From assembly GCA_039096225.1 (NCBI GenBank), contig JBBPEB010000030.1, forward strand, positions 62,001 to 126,000: a DNA stretch of 64,000 bases, written 5' to 3'. Under the pieces are notes generated by a model, which saw only the letters and a program-made list of their open reading frames with translations, searched no databases and was not told where the DNA came from. Below are positions 1 through 13,443 of this stretch, in pieces; position 1 is the first letter of the stretch, and each line of letters opens with the position of its first letter. This stretch comes from Blastocystis sp. Blastoise. Taxonomy: Eukaryota; Protista; Bigyra: Opalinata. The position numbers were made by a program, and so were the translations under genes.

Positions 1-2075
1 TAAATAATAAGAAAATGAAGAATACGAATAAGGAGTATGATAAGCAGAAGTGAATAAAAAGAATGAGAAATGGAAGGACAATACTAATAATAATAATAAG
101 AAAAAGAAGATACAAAAGGAGGAGGAGAAGAATGAAAAAAAGTTAAGGCTAACTAGAAGCAGAATAGTATAAAGATAATGATAATAAGATTGTAGAACAA
201 GAAATAGAAGTAGAATAAGAAGAGAAATGATTAGGAAGTATAAGTAAAGTAAGAAGAGAAAGATATCATGAATAAGAAGAGAAAGATATCATGAATAAGA
301 AGAGAAAGATATCATGAATAAGAATAAGAATAAAAAATGAAGTAGAAATACAAGCAGAAATAGAAGTAGAATAAGAGTGTAAAAATAAGGTGAATAAGAA
401 TAAAATGTGGAAGATGAAGAAGTAGTAAAAGTTGAGTGAATAGTAAAGAGAAATGGAAAGTAGACACTAAGGCTTATGAAATGAAAACAAAGGAATAACA
501 CCAGAAATAAGAAGTAGAATTAGAATAAGAAGGAAATTAAGAATGAAATGCTGAAGTAGAAGAAGAATTAACAGGAGACAAGAATAAGTAGAAGGCGAAG
601 CAGAACGAGAATAAGCGTAAAAATAATAATAATTAAAGAATAATATCAATTAAAAGAAGGAAAATAGGAATGAGAAGTAAAATAGAAATTACAATAAAAA
701 AAATAAGTAAAAGTAACTAGATAAGCAGAATGAAAATATGAATAGTATGATGAAGGGAAAGGAGAATGAGAAAGTCGCATATGAAGGAAAGCGAGAAGTA
801 GCACGAGGATAGTAATAAAAATAAGAAAGAGAAATTAAAAAATAAGGAGACGTGGAATAAGAAGGAGAAAGTGAGATATATGGAAAAACTAAATAAGAAA
901 CAAAATATTAAGTAAAATAAGAAGTAAAAAAAGAAGTAAAAAAAGAAGTAACAACAATATATGAAAAAGAAGAAGTTGAAGAAGTTGAAGAAGGAGAAGA
1001 AAAATAAGAATAAGAGAAATATATCTAAGAATAATAAAAAGAAGATGACAATAACAAGGAGAAGTAAATTTACAAGGAGAAAAAAAAGAAAGGAAACATA
1101 AGTGAAGAAGGAGAATAAGGAGAAGTAGAATAAGATGTACAGGTGAAGAAGAATAAGTAGTAGACGTAAAGTAAGAAGAATAAGAATAAGAATGAAAGGA
1201 TAAGAAGAAGGATAAGAAGAAGAAGAAGAAGAATGAAAAGGAAAGGATAATTAGAAGTATAATAATAAAATATAATAGTAGAATTCGTGAAGAGGTAATA
1301 GTTATGAAAACAAATAAAGAAAAATTAATATCTATACAAAAAAGAAGAAAAAGATGTAGTAAGAAGTGTATTAGAATGAAGAATGAAGAATGAAGAATGA
1401 AGAATGAAGAATGAAGAATGAAGAATGAAATTTTGTAAACCAAAAAATTTAATAAATAAAAGAATAATAAATTGCAACTTTCCTAATAGACTAATAATAT
1501 TTGTAATCAATTTTTTGTTTTATAGAAGAAACAATAAAAATACCACTAGGTCTAAAGAATATATAATATTATAAAAATAGAATATTAATAATTATAATAT
1601 AAAGAAAAAAATAACATATATATTATTAATAGTCAGTTAAAACAAACTAACTATATTATTAAATACATATATACCTTAATAAAGACTTGAATCATCGCAA
1701 TCTGATTCCCAAGTTGTGCTTAAATACGCTAAGATTCTATAAATAAATACGTAGAATAAATTAATAAAATTAATTAAAGTATAAACATATTAGAAAAACA
1801 ACAAGATAGAAAAATAGGAGCTAATTCAATTATAAAAAGTATAATATAAAATTAAAAAAAGATAGGGATGCTATTAGAATGATAGTGATGTATTAATAGC
1901 ATAGACAAGAAATAGATATAGCAAAAAATAAACAAAATGAGAAAAATGAAAAATATCTATATACCTTAGATTCATCAGTATTGTTTACCAAGACCTTTTG
2001 AATTGATCTGAAACCAGATGAAGTTTGTTTTGAGCATATAAACAAGAAATAACCCATTGATCAACTGATTACTAT
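1..2075 (-). pseudogene. Decayed spliced unit R (exon remnants plus long pyrimidine-rich tract), running off the left edge
   Basis: Minus-strand exon-like blocks bounded by tatag|...|gtat at ~1965-2072 and ~1675-1736, with no coherent reading frame; 1-1430 is low-complexity, C/T-rich on the minus strand. Confidence 0.45.
1374..1428. repeat. (GAATGAA)n heptamer tandem repeat
   Basis: Directly visible, about 8 units. Confidence 0.9.
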
Positions 2076-3868
2076 ATAAAATTAAATATTTGAAGAGAGT
2101 AAACTATATAATATATATATTTATAACTAGAAAACATACATAGATTCATTTTATATGCTTATAATGAAAATATATGAAATAAATCAATATTTGATTTTCA
2201 AGAAATAACCATTCTGAGGATGGAAACAGAGGAAAAACAGCCTAAATAGCGGAATTAATCTCTTCTATAGAAACTTTTTTGGGTTTCAGTGAACAAGTTT
2301 TAAAAATAATTTCTAGAGATTCAAAGTATGGTATAAAAAGTCTTCTTTGATATGGTCCCTATTCTTGGAGTCTTTCAGAATCACTTAAATCTTTGGAAAA
2401 CCGTATTCAGCTACGGCTTAAATGAACTCCTAAAAAAGAATATTTTTTAAATATTATTATATGGATTATTTGCTTATTTAGAAGGTTATTTTATTATTTA
2501 TATTTATATTATATTTTATTAGGTAGATTATTATAGATTAGGCTTGAAATGAATCCAGATAATAAACCAATTAGTGATTCATTCTTTCACGTATATACTT
2601 ATTTGATTTACCATTATTTATATAGGTTTAGAAACATGATTTAGAGAGCCCGGTGGAGTTGGCTACAATATTGGAAGAAAACGCAATGATCGGAATTTCC
2701 TCTTTAAGAATATTCTTTGGTGTATGTTCTAGTGGTATATTATTTTGTTTTTTGTTTGTATATTTAATTATTTATTTAGGAAATTCAAAAGAAAAAAGTA
2801 ATTGGTCTCCATCTACTAAGAAAATTGATGTCTAGGTCCTTCTTTTGATTTTTATTATTTTATTTTTTTATCAGAAGTATATATTTATGTTATTAATGCT
2901 ATATTGTATCTAATTATATAGAAATGGCAAGTGATTATTGTTTTGGAATTTTTGTAACTTTTCGATTTCAGCACAATTATCGAGTCCTTAAAAGTATATA
3001 AATATATTAAATAATTATTTTTTTCTATAGATATATGGAGTAAATTGATATGGTTATATATACAAAAAAAAATACTAGAAGAATATGGCTAAAAAGTATA
3101 TATTTTTTTATTTTTATATTATTAAAATTATATATATTTGTTTAATTAAATTTGTATATTGTAGTTATTTATTTTTGTTATAACTGAGGCTCTAACATTG
3201 ATATATGGTTCAAATATATATATATATATTTTTATTATTTATAAATTCTTAATATTTTATTAATTTATTATATTATTTTTCTATATAGGACTATTAATTA
3301 TCATTCTTTTATTATAGTTTATATATATATATATGTATTATTTATTTTCGATATATTTTATTCTTATTCATATATATAGTATTATTAAGCTATGTACTCA
3401 TTAGCTTCTCTACATCAATACTATTATGTGACTAGGTATATTATATATATATTTAATTATTAGCATATTATTTTCTATTACTTCTTAATATATATATATA
3501 TATATTTATATATTAACTAGTATTTTTATATAGAGAATGTGACGTTTCCCTTATGTTATAAACTTCATGGTCATCAATTTTTATATCTAAGGTATATAGT
3601 TTTTATATGTAAGTAATTGTTTTATTGTAGTATATTGTTTCACATTATTTTTATATATTATTCTATTTTCCGTACAATAATTTTTTATTTTTTTTATATA
3701 ATTTATATTATGTACCTATAATTACTAATAATATCCTATTGTTTATATTTCTGTTATTCATGTCTCTATATTTTTATTTGTTATATAAAAATATATATAG
3801 TAAAACTGTAATTATATATATATATTATATATGTGTTATATATATATACAAATGTTTTTTTATTTGAA

Positions 3869-3871
<3 letters not shown>

Positions 3872-3955
<84 letters not shown>
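3872..3955. repeat. (TA)n microsatellite
   Basis: Directly visible. Confidence 0.95.
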
Positions 3956-3958
<3 letters not shown>

Positions 3959-4846
3959 GTTATAGACTTTTATTGTATTCTTTTTATATTATTATTTTAT
4001 ACATTTTTCTCTCTATATAACATATTCACAGATATATTTACCAAATATATACTCTTTAGAAAATTGATATATGTTTTATTTTGGAAGTTGATAATATATA
4101 CTAGAATCAGTTCATATCAATTGTTTATTCTTAAACTTTATATATATATATATATATTATTTATCAAAGTCAAAGTTATATATAAATAGAATAATGAAGA
4201 ATTATCTATATATAGTGGTCTTTAGTTCTATTACTACATTATTTTTATGTATTTAAGGTATATATAAATATATTATATATATACTTTTATATATACTTAT
4301 TATATAAATATAAACTTATAGACTTATATATAGTAATATATCAGTTATCCTTTTATTTTTCTCATGAGTTTTTAAGTATATAGTCTTTTTATCTTATTAT
4401 ATATATAATACATTTTTTATAATTGACACAAAAGGTAATATTATTTGTATATATAATTTTATCTCAACTATTCTTCTATTTTATTCTTTTATATCACTTT
4501 TTCTTTCTATAACTATATTATGTATTATCATTTTATAATATAATTTGTTTATAGTTAATTATGTATATATATGTAGTAACAGTAATAACTCTTCTTTTTA
4601 TCTCTTTTGTTCAATTATACTAGTATATTTTCTATGATAATATATATACTTTGTATTTATCTCCTTTTATATATATTATCTATTTATTTTGATACTAATT
4701 ATATATACACTTAGTGTTATGTATACTACATTTTCTTTTTGTTTATAATACTATACTAATATCATTTTTATTATATATAGGATTAAGGATATATATAATT
4801 GTTTTGAATGATTTACTTTTGTATTATGTTAAACCTTATTTTCTTG

Positions 4847-4886
<40 letters not shown>

Positions 4887-5606
4887 TTTTCTTTATATTT
4901 TCCAGCTTTCTTTTCTATTATATACATTTATACTCACTATAGTGTACTATTATTAATATATATAGTTTGTGAAGATATTAAATAGATTCTACGTAAAGAG
5001 TATGTATTTTAATTGTTTTAATACATATACATAATATGTTCCTATGTTATATTTAAATATATATATTTTTTACTTTATATATATATTTTTCTCATAATTA
5101 CATATATGTATATATTCATATATATATATATATAGACTTGGTATTCCCTTAATTAATTCATGCCGTCTTATTCATTCATTTTATATATATAGTCTATAAT
5201 CAGCTTTTATGAATTATTACAAATAATGTATACAATCCTTTTGTATGTATTTTATTTATATTTATATAGCTTGCTATGTAGTATTTTCTATTATAACAAT
5301 ATAATGTGTTTATTTTATTTATATATATATTAATTTTTTTTTTTAATCTATATATAGAACGTATCTTTAGCTTATCTTCTATGTTCGTATACAACTTAAT
5401 ATAGATAGTATATATTGTATATATTTATTATATATATTGTTTGCTAATATTCTATTTTTAACTTTATTCTTAATTACATTATATTCTATTGTATATTGAA
5501 ATAATCTTTTTATTCTACATGTTTTTATTATTTAGGTTAGTATTAATAGGTGTAATAGAGTATATATATATATAATTACAATATTTTTATAGTCTCTTTT
5601 CTTCAA

Positions 5607-5639
<33 letters not shown>

Positions 5640-5658
5640 TATTCATATAATTAATATT

Positions 5659-5726
5659 CCTTAGACTGAATATGGTCAGTAGCAATCATTAATAGATTGC
5701 TATCAGGTTCAATTCCTGATCTAAGG
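5659..5726 (+). ncRNA. tRNA-like element E1 (non-canonical cloverleaf, 68 nt)
   Basis: CCTTAGA/TCTAAGG 7-bp acceptor-like stem; CTGA-ATATGG-TCAG D-like arm; TAGCAATC-ATTAATA-GATTGCTA 8-bp arm; TCAGG-TTCAATT-CCTGA T arm; covaries with E2. Confidence 0.8.
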
Positions 5727-7247
5727 TTGTATACTATATTTTTTATAAAAAAATTTAAATGTTTTTTCCCTATAGGTATTCTCATTCATTAGAACCAATA
5801 TGAATAAATACATTGAGTTTCATGCAATTGAATCAACTCTATACGTCGTTAGTCGCTCTTTTATAATAATTTTAGATACCTTTACTTAAAACCAAACACA
5901 TTCACAATTACAATCACCCAAAATTATCTAGTCATTATTTTGTTGAGTTATGTATCCTATTCATCAATTTTACACACAAATAAAAAATAAATATTCATCA
6001 ATAATATCTTGAAGTCTATAAACACGCAATACATTATTTGTTTATACTCTTAAAAGGCATTTCTACTGTTTATATTAATATGATTGACACTAAGAATCAT
6101 TTCTAACCAACTTTAAAAACTTTTGAAGAACCTTAACAAATTTACATTACCTAAAAAACTATTATAATCAACTTTGGCTTATACGAGTCATGATTAAATT
6201 TAAATTATTAATAGAAATTCATAATAAAGGCATTCTATCTCAACATATCACCAAGAGAAATCAATTATGTTTGTAACTTCCCTAAAATTAAATTAATTAC
6301 TAAAAGACGTATTTTAATTAATGTAGAATTCAAATTCAAACACACATAAACTCATCATTTCTGACAATTTTACACATTTAGACAATCTAGTGAGTATCAC
6401 ATAATCAACTAATTCTTGTTGTCTTCATCAAGTCTAACGATTTCCTTATGACAAGAAGCATCAATTTTATTTTATTCAACACTCTATAAATAATTAATCA
6501 ATTAACTAATTTTATTTACTTAAATACATACTCCAATAACAACAACAAGACATCAGGAGTGAGAATAACTGATTAAACTATTTAAATAAAATAATTAATA
6601 ATAAAAAGTAGAAATATTAGGATTTTAATAATTTTTAATAAGTTAATTTATAGTGAAGTTTCAATAATCATATAAAAAATATGATTAATTTAGCTTTTGT
6701 ATGTTCTAAGCATATATCTATCTATATATAGTCCCTAGGAGTATATTAGAGTACCTTCCAGTCTCCATTGGCAGATTGATCTAAACTGGTATGTTCTCTT
6801 TCTCTATTATGAGCTAATCTAGGTGATGTAAAGTGGTTGTACTAGATGGTCAGCTATTGTGTCGTGGTTATAAATGGGATGATGTGACGTCACCATATAA
6901 AACTATTTCTTTAGGTTTTATCAATGAGTGGGAAATGCTTGGCTATGTTAACTGAGCGTTGCTTGAAACTTTCAAAAAATCAATTGGTCAAATGTCTAAA
7001 CAGATTTGTCTTGAATCATACAGAATCATGATCTATTCACATAATCACTACATCTACAATTCAAATATTCATATTTGAAGTTACTTGGTTTAACTCATAT
7101 TCTGATTCTAGATGTATATATTTTCTACATTTTTTTTATATAAATATAATTATATAATTATATTAATGTTTATATAGGTTGTTATATAGCTATTAAATCT
7201 AGTTCTTGCTTTTCTTGTCACTAAATTCTTGGTTCTTCTCTTTTATG

Positions 7248-7278
<31 letters not shown>

Positions 7279-7433
7279 TATTATTAACTTCTTATGTTTT
7301 GATTTTATAATATAAATTTCTTAATTTTTGAAAATTATTTCTATTTATACATATTATTAGTTTCTTCTATGTACTTATTTGAAGTTTTTATTAATATTAA
7401 TTTATGCACTTTTTTCTTTTTTTTTAATTATAT

Positions 7434-7470
<37 letters not shown>

Positions 7471-7599
7471 CTATTTCTATATATATTTGGTTTTCTTTTT
7501 GTCTATATTTGCCTTCTTTTCCATTTTATTCTTATTAATTTCTTTGTTATACTTTATATTTTTCTTATAGTCATCGTGTTGATTCGGGTAATTGTTACT

Positions 7600-9460
7600 A
7601 CTATTAATACTACTCAATATCACATTTCATTATATAATATACCTTTTTTCTTTAGTTCTTACTTATCATTCTCCTTACATTCTTCTTATCTTTCCTTTTT
7701 GTGTTCTCCTTCTATAATTACATCTTCTCTTCATTTCCACCTCTATATCTTAATCTTCTTGTTCTTCTTCATTTTCTTCTTATGTCATTACTTCCTTTTC
7801 ATATCTTTCCACTTCTACTTTTCTATTCGCTATTCCTTTTAATTCTTCATCTAGACGTTCTTTCTATATTCCTTTTTCTTTTATATATCCTTATTCCCCT
7901 TCTCCTTTTCTGTCTCCAATATTCTTTTCCTACTCGTTCTTCTTCATCTATTTATCCTTATGCTTCTATATCTTGTATATACCATTCTTTTGCTTCTCAA
8001 TCTCAATCTCCTTCTCTCAATCTCTTCTGTATCTCTTCTTCTTCCTCTTCTTCTATATATCCTTATTCCCCTTCTATATCTTATATATATCTTTATTCTT
8101 CTTCTATATCTTATATATATCCTTCATCTTCTATATATCCTTCGTCTTTATATTCTTTTTCTCTCTATATATCCTTCGTATATATATTCTTTTTCTCTCT
8201 ATATATCCTTCCTCTGCATTCCTTCTTCTATTTGCCATTATTCTTCTTATACATTTTATCTATATCATTCTCCTCCTATGTTTTCTATTTTTTCTATATA
8301 TCCTTATTCTTATCTTTCCTCTTCTATATATCGTTTTTCTTCTATATATCTTATTTTTGCTTCTTCTTCTATATATCTTTCTTCTTCTTCTATTTATTGT
8401 TCTTATTCTTCTGTATCCTCTATTTATCATTATTTTCCATAGTATTCTTCTACTGTATCTTCTTCTTGTCTCTTTCTTCTTCTTAAATATCTCCTTCTTC
8501 TCCTTCTTTTCTTCTATATCTTCAATATACCTTTCTTTATCTATATATTTTGATGTTCATTATTTCTCTATATATCTTTATTCTCCATATTCTTCCGTAT
8601 CTTCTTCTTCTTTTTATGCTTCTCTTTATTCTCCTTCTATATATCTTTCTTTTCCTTCTTTTCCTTCTCAGTCTCCTTCTCTTCATTTTATCATTCTCTT
8701 TCTCTCTATCTCTATCTCTTTCTATTTCTATATCTTCTATATGTACTTTTTCTTCTTCTTCTTCTATATATCATTATTTTCCTCCTCCTCCTACTCTTCC
8801 TTCTTCTTTTATCATCATTCTTCTACTTCTTCTATCATTTCCTTCTTCGATTTCGATATCTCTATATATCATTTTTCTCCTTCGTCTTCTCCTTCTTTAC
8901 TCTTTATATTATTCTAATTTTATTCCTTTTCATCTATTTCCTCTTTATCTCAATATTCTCTCGATTTATTACACATAATATCAATTATATATATATATAT
9001 ATATAATCTTTTATACTCTTTTTCTTTCATCATATACTATCTTTTTTCCTACATTTACACTTGTACTTCCTATGTGTACTCTACTTATATTTTTATTTCC
9101 TTCTTAATTTATTCTCCCTTGTTCTTCTTCTAACTCTCTTCTCTATCTGTTTTCTCTTCTTCTCCTATACATGACTTTTTATTATCCATCTATCTTTCTT
9201 TTCTTCTTACCTTCTTATCTTATTTTTTACTCGCTTCCTATTCTTATTCTTCTTCTTTATATATATGCTTTTTATTCTCTATCCTATTAACTAACTCCTC
9301 CTTCTTCTTCTTCTCATTTACTTAATATTTTTCTTTTTCCTAATTTATTTTCCTATATTCTTCATATTCATGTTTTCATTTTTTTATATTCAATTCCTAT
9401 CTTTTATCATCTTATATCTATATATATACTTCTCTCCATATTTAAACTATTTCTATCTAC
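7600..9460 (+). repeat. Pyrimidine-rich low-complexity tract
   Basis: TCT/TTC/TATATC-rich; source of the spurious S/F/L/Y-rich ORFs. Confidence 0.85.
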
Positions 9461-9588
9461 TATACTAATTAATATAGTATTTATTTTTATTAATAAAAAG
9501 ATTTTATCCTTTTTATTTCTTATTTATACTTATTATTTTATATGTTTCTTGTTTATATATTTAATTTATATATTAAAATAATTTTTTC

Positions 9589-9632
<44 letters not shown>

Positions 9633-9765
9633 GCAACAGTAATATGTATTCTATTTGATAAATATATATGAAAGAGATAAGTATATATTTATATATCTAT
9701 ATTATTGATTCATCTTTTTTAGATATATATATTAAATATTGTATTTTATTATTATTTATTATTAC

Positions 9766-9833
9766 TCTTATGCTCTATAAGGTGAGAGGCTATCATAATT
9801 CGATAACAATCAGGTTCAACTCCTGACATAAGT
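9766..9833 (+). ncRNA. tRNA-like element E2 (paralog of E1, 68 nt)
   Basis: (T)CTTATG/CATAAG(T) acceptor-like stem; CTCT-ATAAGGTG-AGAG D-like arm; GCTATC-ATAATTC-GATAAC arm; TCAGG-TTCAACT-CCTGA T arm. Confidence 0.78.
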
Positions 9834-11039
9834 CATTCTATATATATATATATATTTTTTTTTATTTAATAAACGTTTTAATTATATGTTCTTTTTACAC
9901 TTATTAATGTATTTATTAAATTATTTATAGCTCTTCATCCTTCAAAACTTCATAGTTTCTGAAATGAGTTGTAATCTGTTTTATTCTCAAAAGTGTAGCT
10001 TATTCAAAATATGTTTGAATTGAGTTAAATACAGTTTTAAAACTTAGATTCATTTTTTATTTTCAAAATATACTCAAATACAGAGTATATTCAGCAATCA
10101 TTAATACTTTAACGACTGTAGTTTATTATTTTTAACTGAATTCTGGTCAGTATACTCAATACAAACAACTAAGTACAATACATACGTATTCATGATTTTT
10201 AAACAACATTTTCCATTTCGACATTTACTTGATCCATTATAAAACTATTTGTCCTTTTGATATAGTAAAGAAAAACGAATACCATATACCAAACAAAACG
10301 TTTTAACTTGAATCTCGTCATCTATTAAATATTTTTCTTAATCAATTCACAGTTCATACTCTTAAAACAGTTATTTAAGATTAATATTTATGTATTTGTC
10401 CTTATACAATATTTTCATGACACTGTAATAATATATATGAAAATTAAAAGAGTCAAGAAATCTGTTAATTATCAAAAAATAAGTTCTATTTACTAAAATC
10501 ATATTTATAAGATTTATAAACTTATACCATATAAAAACATAGCTCTTATATAAAGTATTGGCTGAATTAGTTTATTTGTAAGTAAATTAAAAGTATGTTA
10601 TATAACGTAATTTTAGGTTACTCTTTTTAATCAGATTTATTTCATAGCTATTTATGGTTTATTTGTCTGTTAATCTTATTTTTTAAAACAATTACAGACA
10701 ATTATATTATGATCCTTGTCTATTAAGTTATTTTATTGAATTAATAGTATAAATAAAAGTTATATAACAAAATAAATGTATATATTGATTAAAATAAGGA
10801 ATGAATATAAATAAATAAAAATAGATAAAATTGCCAAAAAGCAAATTCTTAGAATTATATAGTACAATAGACGAACTTCTAATAGAAACTTAAAAATCGA
10901 TTGATTGGATCAAATAGTCAAATCCTAACGTCATAATATGAATTATTCTTTTCATTTTTTATTAATTTAAATTCTTGAAATACATCTAATAAACACGGTT
11001 ATTATATAAATTAATACGATTGGACAACGAAATCAAAAT

Positions 11040-12460
11040 GTTAACAGAAATTTTTGGGTATTTCTAACAAATCATACAAAAAATTGGGTATGTATACAAA
11101 TCAATAGGGAAATCTGGGTATTTCTAACATTTTTCCTAAAAATTATATTAATAATATATATTATTCTCTATATTTATTTGTTAAAAATATATAAAATAAT
11201 TAAATATTGACTGAGAAATTAATGTTATAAGCTATACCCTTTTTTGAAAAAAATTAATTTTCATGTTTTGCATATATAATTTTTTTTCTCAAAAGTTATT
11301 TTATATTTTGATAATATTTTTATAAATTTATAAACTATATGTTATCTAGTTTATAAATAAGTTTTATTTATTTTTAAAAAATTAATATTGATGGAGGAAT
11401 TGTCAAAATAAACTATAGTATCAAAAATGTTTTCTTTTTTTAAACGATTTATTTCACTAATTAAAGACTAATAAAAATTAATTTATTTATTTAAAGCTTA
11501 TTTATGACATATACAACTCATAATGACTCATAACTGACTTTTTAAAGCAAACATTGTCAGTATCAGTTCAACATGTTGTCTTAATTTTTTCAAATAAGTC
11601 ACATTCAATGTCCATAAATGATTCTAAACACTAATCTAAACGTTTTAAGAGTTTATTAAGTTAACAATGTCTGGTGATCTGTTGTCAAAGTCTTTTAAAA
11701 ACAAAATAAAATTGTAAAATATGTTTATTTTGGTATTTAGTGATTCAGTATGAAGTCAAATGTCAAATATATTTATTATTGATGAGAATATTGACAAAAA
11801 ACAAATAAAAAATTTAAAAACAAAATTTCAAAAAACAATTTTTTATTGGATTCAACTATAGTCTCCTATGACTTCATTTTTTTATTTTTTGGAAAAGTGA
11901 TAAAAATGCATCATGTTTGGATTGTCTTATATATAAATATTCTTTAACTTTTATTCTATATTGAATATTGACTCAGAAATCGTAATCACAAAATATACCC
12001 TTTTTAGAAATTTTTCTTTTTTATGTTTTTAATATAAACTTATATATTTTAGTCAATATTGAATATTAAAAGGAAATATTAAAAATGCATCATGTTTATG
12101 TTATCTAGTTTCTAAATATATTTTAATTTTCATTATATGTTGAATATTGACAGAAATATCAAGATCACAAAATTGGGTATCAAACACTAAAATTTTTAGA
12201 AACAAATTTATCTCTTTTAAAAGATATTAATAAAATATAAAACATATTTATGACGGATATAGAGTTAAATAAATGCATTAAAGCTCAAATAAGTTTATTT
12301 AAAAGGAATGTGTCGGATATCAGTTTGACTTTTGTTGTTATTTAAAAGATTTATTGTTGTTTTATAATAGTTGAGGTCGTGTTCATTACATATAAAATGT
12401 TTTTAGAGTTTATAGTTAGTGATCTGTGTATTGATATGTTGTCAAGTTCTAAATATAAAC
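11040..12460. repeat. Diverged ~760-bp duplication with ~180-bp sub-periodicity
   Basis: AATATTGA..GAAAT..ATACCCTTTTT at ~11203 and ~11963; GTTATCTAGTT at ~11341 and ~12100; AATATTGA also at ~11384, ~11787 and ~12143. Confidence 0.65.
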
Positions 12461-12751
12461 AAATCTACCCGTCAAAACTATTTATAAGACCAACCCGTCA
12501 ATAAAAGTTAATTTTATAAAAATAAATATAGAGTATGTTAATAGATATAGGAAAAATAAGAAAACAATAAAAAATGAAAATGGAAAAATAAGTGTTTTTA
12601 TAAAAATGAAAAATATTGGATAAAATAAAAATAATCCAATAATTTTGGTTAAAATTTTGTGCGAAAATGGTTTTTTGCGATTTTTAGCCAGAAATTTAGA
12701 ATTTTCGAAAATTTTTTTTAACAGTCATTTTCAGAATTGTGTTCCGGATTT

Positions 12752-13443
12752 TATGATGTAATTTTTATTTTATAAAAGTTAATAACAAAGTCAATAATAG
12801 TGAAAGTGTGTGAGACACCGTACGCTACATGAACTAAATTAAGGATATTAACAAGCGTTTCACGACTGGCTACGCCAGCCTACGCTTGAATCTAAATAAA
12901 AATAAAAAAAATTTTGTAAAAAAAATATCTTTTCATTATTTTAAATTAATAGTTCATAATAAATTCAAATTTAATAATATTATTAACAACCATTTAATTA
13001 AATAAAAACTAAGAATTAAAATATAAAACGAAGATTACACTACATTTCATAACTAAATATGTTTAAATACTTTAAAAACGTTTATTATTGTACATAAAAT
13101 ATAGTCTATACAATAAATAAGTTATTATAAAAAAACTCTAAAAAACTTTAACATTTTGAAATACACATATCTACTTTTATTAAAATTAATTTTATGCTAA
13201 TATATACATATATTTAATTTATTATTTTAATTTGTAAAAAATAACTTGAATTTCATTTATTTAAAGTCACAATTACAAAAAATGAGTTCTTTTGAAAGAC
13301 AAAAAACATTCTTTAAACTATAATATTTTTGTATTTAGTCAAATATGATGTAATTTTTATTTTATAAAAGTTAATAACAAAGTCAATAATAGTGAAAGTG
13401 TGTGAGACACCGTACGCTACATGAACTAAATTAAGGATATTAA
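12752..13443. repeat. Perfect 100-bp direct repeat pair (12752-12851 and 13344-13443)
   Basis: Identical TATGATGTAATTTT...GTGTGTGAGACACCGTACGCTACATG...GGATATTAA, offset 592 bp. Confidence 0.95.

Larger units (their letters stand above)
2210..5880 (+). pseudogene. Decayed multi-exon unit 1, putative non-coding host transcript
   Basis: Exon-like blocks with tatag|...|gtat boundaries (e.g. ~2523-2590, 2626-2735, 2780-2835, 2921-2993, 3031-3095); stops interrupt the frames and complexity falls toward the 3' end. Confidence 0.5.
6732..10000 (+). pseudogene. Decayed spliced unit 2, putative non-coding host transcript
   Basis: Exon remnants ~6732-6788 and ~6823-7113 (one frame reads KVVVLDGQLLCRGYKWDD...GYVN*ALLETF with an internal TGA), then a ~1.9-kb C/T-rich tract, element E2, and an acceptor-like tttatag at 9930. 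Confidence 0.45.

Noticed and set aside
5659-5726. E1 as functional tRNA-Leu(UAA) and E2 as tRNA-Ile(AAU)
   Set aside because: No U8/9 linker, pyrimidine at 37, A at 32, extended third stem, and no long variable arm for Leu
289-8978. Long ORFs rich in F/L/I/S/Y (e.g. 889-1443, 7701-8486, 7973-8917)
   Set aside because: Products of pyrimidine-rich low-complexity DNA, open in several overlapping frames, with no protein motifs
12845-12895. Integron attC-like look of TAAC-AAGCGTTTCA...TTGAA hairpin
   Set aside because: No closing GTTRRRY box, no cassette ORF or integrase, eukaryotic context
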